From Gemmata obscuriglobus (lineage in GTDB: Bacteria > Planctomycetota > Planctomycetia > Gemmatales > Gemmataceae), in assembly GCF_008065095.1 (NCBI RefSeq), contig NZ_CP042911.1:2970001-3002000 (forward strand): a stretch of DNA of 32,000 nucleotides, given 5' to 3'. Shown in pieces: positions 25,073 to 32,000 of the stretch; position 1 is the stretch's first letter, and each line of letters starts with the position of its first letter. The notes beneath the pieces were generated by a model. The model saw only the letters and a program-made list of their open reading frames with translations. It was not told the DNA's origin and searched no databases. The position numbers and the translations under genes were made by a program.

Positions 25073-25666
25073 ATGGAAACTCCTCGTATCCCGGCTCTCG
25101 TGACCCACGACCTTGGCGACGATCTGGCGTTTTTCGCAGGCCGGCTCCCCGACGAATTGACCTGGGACCAGTCACTTTTTGAGAACGCCTGGGCGTTCCA
25201 CCCGACTGAGCGACCGGTCATCCAAATGATCGGGAAGCCGGTTGCCATCCCCCGGTGGCAGATGGCCTTTGGCCACGATTACCGCTTCTCAAATCAGACC
25301 AGCGTTGCGGCTCCCGTGCCCGAACTGCTTGAGCCGCTTCGGGGGTGGTGCCAGAAGCACATCCACCCACGGCTCAACGGTCTGCTTTTGAACTGGTACG
25401 AAGGCCCCGGCCACTACATCGGCGCGCATCACGATGAGGACGAGCAACTCGTTCCGCACACGCCGATCGTCACCATTTCGTTTGGAGAGACGCGAAACTT
25501 TCGGCTCATCCGGGGCCGGGAGAAGCGGGATTTTGCCGCCCCGAGCGGAACGGTGTTCGTTTTGCCCGCCGACACAAACAGGGCGTGGAAGCACCTTGTA
25601 CCGAAATCGACCAAGTACAGCGGTCGGCGGATCTCGGTGACGCTTCGCGCGTTCGAGACCGCGTAA
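25073..25666 (+). CDS. AlkB-like Fe(II)/2-oxoglutarate dioxygenase (197 aa)
   Basis: LLNWYEGPGHYIGAHHDEDE (HxD) and RRISVTLRAF (RxSxTxR). GGAGGA lies 8 nt upstream of ATG 25073. The ORF is open from 24893, but that extension has poor composition. Confidence 0.85.
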   Translation: METPRIPALVTHDLGDDLAFFAGRLPDELTWDQSLFENAWAFHPTERPVIQMIGKPVAIPRWQMAFGHDYRFSNQTSVAAPVPELLEPLRGWCQKHIHPRLNGLLLNWYEGPGHYIGAHHDEDEQLVPHTPIVTISFGETRNFRLIRGREKRDFAAPSGTVFVLPADTNRAWKHLVPKSTKYSGRRISVTLRAFETA

Positions 25667-25757
25667 GCCATCCGGCGCGGGTGGCAGAGCCGGGTGTAAC
25701 GACCGTCCTGTCTCGAATCACGTCCTCGGTGCCGCTCTGGCTGCCGCGCTCAGCAGA

Positions 25758-26627
25758 TTAACCCGCAAGCGCGTTCGTTGACCAAAACCTCTCGAGCAAC
25801 GTGAACGCCTCGAGGTAATCGGTGGTCGAGATTCCGGCTTGAGCCGCCATCCCAACGAAATCCTCTTTCCACGAAGGCGGAGGAGGAGCGAGTGCGGCTG
25901 GCAACGGGTGGGTACTGCGTGTGGTGAACGTGGTCACGAGTGCCGCACGAATTTCGGCCACAGCGGGCGCTCCGCGTTCGATGAGGAGCACCAGGTCGAC
26001 CAAGTCTTTCGTGCGGCTGTTGAGCCGCCCGACCCACGGAAACGTGTAGGCGTGGACCTTCTCGGCAAATTGCTGCGGTTTGGGAATCGCGAGCACCGCT
26101 GCCGGTGGCACGCCCACGAACTCGAGCAGGTCCTCTCCGACGAGCCGCTCGGGGGTACCGATGAGCGCGTCCCCAACGCCCACATCGATGTGAAACGCGG
26201 CGTACGTCTTGCCAACCAGTACCGCTTCGCAGGGAAATTGCGCTCCACCGCCGGGCGCGTTTGTGAGCTCGCGCTTGGGGGTTCCGAGGCGAAAAGTCAA
26301 ATAATCGCCGAGGTCGACGTCGAGCGCCTCTTGCAGCCGATCTCGCAGCCCGGCGGACCGTGCGTCGCCCCCACCAGTGATGAGCGAGACCGATAGGTCC
26401 ACGTCCTTTGTCGTTCGCGCTCGCGGTCGAAACCGCAGGTCCATCGCGAATCCGCCCTTGAGCAGCCACGGCGGATTTTCACCCGCGAAGAGCCGTGCGA
26501 GCAGTCGCTCGATTACGAACTTCAGCTGCACGGTGCTAAATGGAACGCCCCGTTCGATCGCATGACGACGCAGGTGCGTTTCGAGAGCCGTTTTGAACGC
26601 GGCAGCGGTTCTGAATTGTTTTGCCAC
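25758..26627 (-). CDS. abiEii: AbiEii/AbiGii-family nucleotidyltransferase toxin (type IV TA / abortive infection)
   Basis: N-terminus AAFKTALETHLRRHAIERGVPFSTVQLKFVIERLLARL...LLKGGFAMDLRF...TKDVDL is typical of DUF1814/AbiEii. It lies 24 nt downstream of the AbiEi gene. Confidence 0.85.
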   Translation of the reverse strand: MAKQFRTAAAFKTALETHLRRHAIERGVPFSTVQLKFVIERLLARLFAGENPPWLLKGGFAMDLRFRPRARTTKDVDLSVSLITGGGDARSAGLRDRLQEALDVDLGDYLTFRLGTPKRELTNAPGGGAQFPCEAVLVGKTYAAFHIDVGVGDALIGTPERLVGEDLLEFVGVPPAAVLAIPKPQQFAEKVHAYTFPWVGRLNSRTKDLVDLVLLIERGAPAVAEIRAALVTTFTTRSTHPLPAALAPPPPSWKEDFVGMAAQAGISTTDYLEAFTLLERFWSTNALAG

Positions 26628-26651
26628 GGCACTCCTTTGCCACCGACAGCG

Positions 26652-27266
26652 TTATTTTGTGTTTGCCTTAATTCGGCCCAGCGCCGCTTTCAGGCGTGAC
26701 AGCCGTGGATTCTGTTCCACCGCTTGAGACAGCTTCGTGCGCCGGACGAGCCCGCGTGTGAGCGCGTTCGCGACCGCCTTTTCGAGCTCCTCTTGACTCA
26801 CCTCCGATTGCGCCGAGTCGAGCAGCGTGCGAAACGGACTCGTGACCCGAAAACCCGTGCGTTCTTCAACGTCACCTTCCGCGATTACCGCTTTGTGAAG
26901 CACGCAGCCGGTTGGTGTGGGCTTGCGGAACGTTCGCGGCACGGTGAGGTGGATGCGGTCGGGAAGCAGGTCCGTCATCTCGTGGAGCACGAGGGCAGAG
27001 TCGTGCGACACAACGGCCTGGGGCTCGTCCTTTTGGTTTCGGCTCCAGAGCGAAAGGCGAATAAGCTCGTCGTGCTCGTCACGAGGCACCGCTGGGATGC
27101 GGTAGAGGCCGTGGTCGACCCGTTCGAAGTTGCCCGCCGTCTCGTGGTAATCGAGGTGGTTGTAGCCGTAACCAGCTTCCTTTGCTTGCTTTGTGGTGAA
27201 ATACCCGCCCTGTTCGTGGGCCAGTGCGGCAAGAGTTTGGGCAGACTGCCTGGCTGAACGGGGCAT
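26652..27266 (-). CDS. abiEi: AbiEi-family antitoxin/transcriptional regulator
   Basis: N-terminus TLAALAHEQGGYFTTKQAKEAGYGYNHLDYHETAGNFERVDHGLYRIP (AbiEi_4-like wHTH). Gene order is AbiEi then AbiEii. Confidence 0.85.
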   Translation of the reverse strand: MPRSARQSAQTLAALAHEQGGYFTTKQAKEAGYGYNHLDYHETAGNFERVDHGLYRIPAVPRDEHDELIRLSLWSRNQKDEPQAVVSHDSALVLHEMTDLLPDRIHLTVPRTFRKPTPTGCVLHKAVIAEGDVEERTGFRVTSPFRTLLDSAQSEVSQEELEKAVANALTRGLVRRTKLSQAVEQNPRLSRLKAALGRIKANTK

Positions 27267-27270
27267 GTAA

Positions 27271-27295
27271 AATCCTCCAAAAATCTTGGAGGATT
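27271..27295. promoter_or_regulatory. 10-bp-arm palindrome covering the AbiEi ribosome-binding site
   Basis: AATCCTCCAA-aaatc-TTGGAGGATT. On the minus strand its 3' arm contains GGAGGA, 6 nt upstream of the AbiEi ATG. Confidence 0.5.
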
Positions 27296-27397
27296 ATGCG
27301 CGAAACTTAGAGGCAATGCAACCGACGATTTTGGCTGGTGGTTGACCCGGAACTGCGGAAAGTGATGAGCGGATGGCGCCGTCCACGCCCCGCAATG

Positions 27398-27628
27398 CTA
27401 TTGCCGCCTGCGACACCCGGTGCCGGCCGGGCAAGCCATGTAGTTGAGTTCGACGGTGAGGTCTCGCATCGCGTCTTGGGCTCTACTGACCGCCTTAAGG
27501 AACGCGTCATCCAAAGGGAACCCGAGTTGGTCGAGCCGCTGCCGCACTCGGCTCAAGTGCCCGAGCACGGGGTGGTAAGCGTCGTAGAGTTTCCGCGCCT
27601 GTTCGGTGGTGATGTCGTCTATGTCCAT
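27398..27628 (-). CDS. Small hypothetical protein (76 aa from the internal ATG; ORF open to 27664)
   Basis: MDIDDITTEQARKLYDAYHPVLGHLSRVRQRLDQLGFPLDDAFLKAVSRAQDAMRDL has helical, protein-like composition. No family recognised. Confidence 0.35.
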   Translation of the reverse strand: MDIDDITTEQARKLYDAYHPVLGHLSRVRQRLDQLGFPLDDAFLKAVSRAQDAMRDLTVELNYMACPAGTGCRRRQ

Positions 27629-27982
27629 GGTGTTTTCGCGACAATTTCGATGTCGAAAGTACATCGCTTTTCACGACATGGTCAACTCGGATATCTTGCA
27701 AGCGCGTTCGCAGACTAAAATCACCCAATCAATTATCGAATCGTTCGAAATCACCGCCGTCATGTGGTAGCCGAGATGCTCAGTAGCTCTTTCGCCTGCT
27801 TACTAACCGACCTACCGCGACCGCGAGCCACTCGTTACCTTCACGTAATTTGACAAATTCAGTAGCGTCAGCGCGGTCGGTGGGACTCATGACTGAGCGC
27901 CTTGTGAACTTGTGTTCCCTATGCGTTCAGGCAGCGGATATACTCCTTCAAGCCGCATCGCGCATCGTTTTCCGAGAATCAC

Positions 27983-28670
27983 ATGGGTAACGCCAACTCA
28001 TTTCAATCTGGCCATGTACTGAACGTCGCCCCGCTCGAATTAGCCGGTGGCCCGCTTGAGGTCGAGCGGTTGCGTTACGTGGATGCCGATTGGCTTCGAG
28101 AGCTGCACATCCGGACTCGCGAAACACACGTGGTGCGGCGAGATGGAGACACTGTCGTCTGCGTGCCGCTGAAACGCACGGGTGCTTCACTCGGCGGGGC
28201 AAGTGAAATCATCGAACTAAGGGATGATCTTTTCCTCTGCGCGAGTCTGGTGCGAAATGCGCTTCTCGCCTACCTAAACAGCATCGACCGGACCGTCCTT
28301 CACTACCGCCCTGTCACCTTTCTGGCGAGTGGGGGTAACGATGATTACCTCGCGGCAGCCCTTCCCGAAGGGGTCAAGAATTCTGAGCAGCTGCGGGTGA
28401 GCCCGGTGTTCGCCCTTGATGTTCGAGTCATCTCGCCTGAAGATCAGCCTGCATACGTGGCAATTATCTTCAACGGATTCGTCTCCCGCCGGGTCCTGGC
28501 GAGCTGTGCGGAGCTTATTCGCGCAGGTGTCGACTTGCGCGGCGTTTACGTAAAACGGATCGCCGAGACGAGTGACCACCGTCTCGCGCCGAAGCTCGAA
28601 ACGGTTGGGCAGGTCTCGTCGGTCGACGGCGACACGCTTACGCTCGTTGATCACCGGGAAGAAACGCCAA
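27983..28670 (+). pseudogene. 5' fragment (N/L1/PAZ-like region, 229 codons) of a long pAgo gene interrupted by an IS
   Basis: The ORF continues 18 codons into IS sequence and stops at 28726. The frame joins exactly to 29745 once the IS and one CCAA copy are removed. Confidence 0.8.
28667..28670. repeat. Left 4-bp target-site duplication (CCAA) of the pAgo-disrupting IS
   Basis: CCAA is repeated at 29741-29744, directly outside the IRs. Only this TSD choice restores the pAgo frame. Confidence 0.7.
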
Positions 28671-29740
28671 CTAGGACTTACGTAGTTGACTTTTGGGTAA
28701 GTAGGTATGTAGGTGCGGCGAGGTAGGTTCGCACCGCTTCGCGCACGATGGCCGTCTTGGCCGCGAACCAACTGACGCCGGACTTGAGCCGGTGCCACTC
28801 GAGCCGCAGGAACGCGCGGATCGCGAGCCCGATGTGGACCGCTTGGGCCCGGCTCATGCGCACCTGGCACCGGTCCACGTGGCAATGCTGCTTGAGGCCC
28901 CGGTGATACTCCTCGATGCCCCACGCGTGCCCGGCCAGAACCGCACGAGTGGCCTCGTCCATGTCGAGGTCGTTGGTGATCCAATGCTCCGTGCCCCCAT
29001 CACCGGTGGCGATCCGGAACGCCTTCACCAATCCGAACCCCTCCAGGTGCACCACCGTACCGGCGGCCCCGATCGGGCACCCCTCGATGGCCCGATTGCC
29101 CGTGCGATCCGGGTTCACCCGCCGGTTGCTCCGCACCCGGGTCAGGAAGTGCCACCCCAGGGCCCGCACCGCCTTCAGGTTGTCCTTGCCCGAGTACCAG
29201 GTGTCGAACAGTACCACCCGGGGCGACAGGTCCCGTCCCTTGGCGACCGCCAGCATGGCTCGGAAGTGGTCGTTCTTGGTCTCGGCTCGGGCCGGGTCGG
29301 CGAGCCGGTAATCACACGGTACCAGGGCGGCCCCGTCGGTCCACAGCAGGGTCACCAGCCCGATCCCGCTCACCACCCGGCGGTGCCGCCCGGACCAGCA
29401 CCGGCGCACCAGCCCCATGTGCCGGGCGAACGGCTTGTCCAGCACCGAGTCGTCGAGCACCACGGCACCGCCCGGGCGGACCGACGACCGGGCTTCGTCC
29501 CACAACGCCGCTGGGTCCGGTTCCAGCCGGTGCAGCAGTCGGGTGAACGCATCATGCGCGGGCGCCGTCGGATGGTCCGGTTGGGCTCGCGCGGCTTCCG
29601 CGGCCGACGCCACCTTGGGGGTGGCGATCAGGAATTGGATGTAGTCCTCGGCGCTCGCACGTGGTGCGTTCATGGCCCGATCATAGACCAACAACACACC
29701 ATGCGCAAATCCTGCGCCAGCGCAACTGCGTAAGTCCTAG
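28671..29740 (-). mobile_element. 1070-bp IS (IS701/IS4-like DDE transposase) inserted in the pAgo gene
   Basis: Terminal IRs CTAGGACTTACGtAGTTG / CAACTgCGTAAGTCCTAG (12/12 perfect, 17/18 overall), a single transposase ORF, and 4-bp CCAA direct repeats. Confidence 0.85.
28678..29673 (-). CDS. DDE transposase, IS701/IS4-like (331 aa from ATG 29673; GTG alternative at 29697)
   Basis: Candidate DDE triad in VVLDDSVLDKP, VLFDTWYSG and WGIEEYHRGLKQ. The stop lies inside the left IR. Confidence 0.8.
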   Translation of the reverse strand: MNAPRASAEDYIQFLIATPKVASAAEAARAQPDHPTAPAHDAFTRLLHRLEPDPAALWDEARSSVRPGGAVVLDDSVLDKPFARHMGLVRRCWSGRHRRVVSGIGLVTLLWTDGAALVPCDYRLADPARAETKNDHFRAMLAVAKGRDLSPRVVLFDTWYSGKDNLKAVRALGWHFLTRVRSNRRVNPDRTGNRAIEGCPIGAAGTVVHLEGFGLVKAFRIATGDGGTEHWITNDLDMDEATRAVLAGHAWGIEEYHRGLKQHCHVDRCQVRMSRAQAVHIGLAIRAFLRLEWHRLKSGVSWFAAKTAIVREAVRTYLAAPTYLLTQKSTT

Positions 29741-29744
29741 CCAA
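29741..29744. repeat. Right 4-bp target-site duplication (CCAA)
   Basis: Matches 28667-28670. Confidence 0.7.
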
Positions 29745-31390
29745 CGATTCTCGCGAGCGAGGCCTTCCCGCAAGCTCGCGGTCATTTCTTCGATCGCTGC
29801 GTTGAGGCGCTGTTCCCCAGGCACGCGGAGACGATGCTTACGAGTATCGAGCAGGCGACGGCAAATTTCCGTCAGGGCGGGCAGTTGCTCGATCGCCTCA
29901 GCTCGGTGCGTGAGCACTTTGCGAAAACGCCGCTCCCGCTGCCGCAGGGGGTAACGTGCGCCATCGATTATTTCCTTGCGACTGCGGCCAAAAACGATCC
30001 GCACCCGTTCCCAAAAATTCACCGCGCCAGAAGTCCGGTTTACCTCTTCGACCCTGCGACGACGAGCAAGGCATGCGAGTGGCCGGTGGATGCTGGCATT
30101 ACCCGCTACGGCCCGTACTCGAGCCGGGGGTTCACCCCGAATCGCCCGAAGGTGTGTGTCCTGTGCCACAAGGCCAAGAAGGGGCAGGTCGAACAGTTCC
30201 TCGTGAAATTCAAAGACGGTGTTGCGGCAGGTGGAGATGGCATTCAGCCGTTTGAGCAGGGGTTTCTCGACAAGTACCACTTGGGCGGGATCGACTTCGA
30301 GTTCTTCGTAACCGAAAACAACTCGGCTGCAGCGTACCGCAAAGCGGCCCGAAGCGCGATCTCGAGCCTCGGGCCGGGCGGGCAGAAGTGGGACATCTGC
30401 TTCGTCCAAATCGAGGAGCGATTTCGGAACCTCCCGAACGCCGAGAACCCGTACCTCATCTGCAAATCCGAGCTGTTGACGCATCAAGTTCCGGTTCAGG
30501 CGTTCACCGTCGAGACGATGGAGCTGTCCACCTACTCGATTCAGTTCGCTCTGAACAACTTGTCACTCGCTTGTTACGCGAAGATGAATGGGACACCGTG
30601 GCTTCTGAAATCGGATCAGCCGCTCTTGCAAGAAATGGTGGTTGGCCTCGGTAGCGCTCGGATCGGCGACTCTCGGCTCGGTTCTGGGCAGCGGGTCGTG
30701 GGAATCACGACCGTCTTCACCGGCGACGGGAATTACTGCCTTTCGAACCTGTCGCGGGCCGCCTTATTTGAAACCTACCAAGAGGAGTTGCTGGACACGC
30801 TGCGTCTCGCGGTGCGACAGGTGCGTACGGATACCGGGTGGCAGCGTGCTCGCCCGGTCCGACTTGTGTTTCACGCCTTCAAGCCGTTTCGGGATGCCGA
30901 GATCACGGCCGTGAAGGAAGTGATGCAGGAACTCGGCGAATTTAACGCCGAGTTCGCCTTCGTCCACGTCGTTGAGGATCACCCGTACCGGTTGTTCGAT
31001 CTGAACCAGCGAGGGAAGCTGGACAAGAAGACCCGCTCGACCAAAGGCGTCCTGGGTCCCAACCGGGGGCTCTTTATGCTCCTTTCCGAGCGCGAGGTGT
31101 TGCTTACCCTCACCGGGTTCAAGGAGGTGAAGCGGCCAGAAGACGGAGTTCCGCGACCGGTCTTGCTTCGCATCCACGAAGACTCGACCTTTACCGATCC
31201 GGTCTACTTGGCGCGTCAAGTGTACGCGTTCGCCGGACACTCCTGGCAGGGCTTCTTCCCGTGCGACATGCCGGTTACGATCGAGTATTCTGCGATGATC
31301 GCAAAGCTGCTCGGGAATCTCGCTACGCTGCCGGGGTGGAACCCCGCAGCGCTGATAGGAAACATCGGCTGGACGAGGTGGTTCTTGTGA
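29745..31390 (+). pseudogene. 3' fragment (L2/MID/PIWI) of the interrupted, catalytically inactive long pAgo. An internal ATG at 29834 gives a 518-aa ORF.
   Basis: MID: RYGPYSSRGF, PKVCVLC, NPYLICKSELLTHQVPVQ (YxxxK..Q). PIWI: CYAKMNGTPWLL, VVGLGSA in place of GxDV, LVFHAFKPF in place of RDG, PVTIEYSAMIAKL, C-terminal TRWFL. Confidence 0.88.
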
Positions 31391-32000
31391 GCACCGGCCG
31401 CGAACGACTGCTTTCAGATTCTCGGGTTGCCCTAGAGCGGCAAATCCGGACCTCGGCGAACGTCGATTTCGCCGACCGTCTGTTCGCGGCCTGGCTGCTC
31501 GGTGTCGACAAATTTCCCTTCGACGACACGGTCGAACTTCAAACGCTCGTCGTCGAACGAACCCGAAGTTACCGCCAAGTGGCGGCACTTGGCTTCGCAG
31601 CGCTGCGAATGAGCCCCTCGTGCTCATTCCGAAGTGAACTCTGTGAAGCGCTCGTCTGGCTCAGCCAGCGCCCCATGACCATCGTCAACACGATGGCCGG
31701 GTTCGTCCTCGATCCGGTGGCCCTTCTGGGGATCGCGAGCGGAATCCGTTGCTGCGGAGATGCCAAAGTGGAGGAGCTTGCGTCCAATTGGATGCTGCGC
31801 GTTCTATCAGCACGTGCGAATCTGCCGATGGTTGCTCCGTGGGAGCAGTGCCTGATTGCCGCAGTGGGTTACCGGCTGCAGTTGCCGAACGCTTCAACCG
31901 TGCCCAGCGCGCCGAATATCGCCGATTGTCGACTCGCCCTTCGGGCACGCGGGGCCTTGCCACAAACGCACGTAGCCGACAGCCGCGCGGACGAGGCACA
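31387..32000 (+). CDS. Unknown protein coupled to the pAgo gene (partial, at least 204 codons, runs off the window)
   Basis: The GTG start overlaps the pAgo TGA (GTGA). My manual translation of this frame is stop-free to position 32000 (VSTGRERLLSDSRVALERQIRTSANVDFADRLFAAWLLGVDKFPFDD...). It is absent from the supplied track because it has no stop in the window. Confidence 0.6.
   Translation, partial: MSTGRERLLSDSRVALERQIRTSANVDFADRLFAAWLLGVDKFPFDDTVELQTLVVERTRSYRQVAALGFAALRMSPSCSFRSELCEALVWLSQRPMTIVNTMAGFVLDPVALLGIASGIRCCGDAKVEELASNWMLRVLSARANLPMVAPWEQCLIAAVGYRLQLPNASTVPSAPNIADCRLALRARGALPQTHVADSRADEA

Noticed and set aside
27849-27854. TTGACA -35-like hexamer upstream of the pAgo gene
   Set aside because: No acceptable -10 hexamer lies at 16-18 bp spacing, and promoter consensus for this lineage is uncertain.
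28274-29733. ORFs 28274-28984 (-) and 28792-29733 (+) within or across the second IS
   Set aside because: They lie out of frame with or antisense to the DDE transposase and are Pro/Arg/Gly-rich. The - ORF also crosses the IS boundary.
28671-29740. Alternative IS boundaries with CTAG as the target duplication
   Set aside because: CTAG is part of the inverted repeat on both ends. Removing the element with a CTAG TSD puts the two pAgo halves out of frame, whereas the CCAA model joins them in frame.
29681-31627. Minus-strand ORFs 29681-30487 and 30764-31627
   Set aside because: They are antisense to the pAgo MID/PIWI region, which has clear family motifs on the + strand.
1-32000. CRISPR arrays, tRNA/rRNA genes, and att-type long direct repeats marking island ends
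   Set aside because: None were found by eye. I saw no regularly spaced repeats and no tRNA-like T-arm or acceptor patterns. A computational scan (tRNAscan-SE, CRISPR finders, self-dotplot) is still needed to exclude them.

Overview
High-GC bacterial accessory region. Composition and protein flavour suggest a Planctomycetota/Gemmata-like genome, but this is unverified. It reads as a defence island interleaved with remnants of a mobilisable element.

The left 14 kb (minus strand) holds three separately terminated, translationally coupled operons:
1. An unknown protein, a PLD-family nuclease and an SNF2 helicase (Azaca-like from memory).
2. A triple beta-grasp multiubiquitin protein, an E1-like ThiF adenylyltransferase with an extra N-terminal domain, and a Cys-rich DUF6527-like protein.
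3. An ECF-like sigma factor, an XRE-like HTH protein, and a 1127-aa fusion of ImmA protease, UvrD helicase and Cas4/AddB-type Fe-S nuclease domain.

Further right, in order:
- an intact IS1595-family element (23-bp IRs, 8-bp TSD);
- a MobF/TrwC relaxase-helicase with two small downstream genes, one start-stop coupled;
- a DUF932 gene;
- a cluster of small plasmid-type genes (Zn-ribbon, Cys-rich, two paralogous overlapping micro-ORFs);
- an HNH endonuclease pair;
- an XRE regulator with a 29-bp palindromic operator;
- about 700 bp of non-coding DNA with a 29-bp RNA-type hairpin;
- an AlkB-like dioxygenase;
- an AbiEi/AbiEii pair;
- a catalytically inactive long (long-B-like) pAgo, split by an IS so that precise excision restores one reading frame, followed by a 4-nt-coupled unknown gene that runs off the window.

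No rRNA, tRNA or CRISPR array was seen. Family names (DUFxxxx, Azaca, Bub) are recalled from memory and need HMM confirmation.
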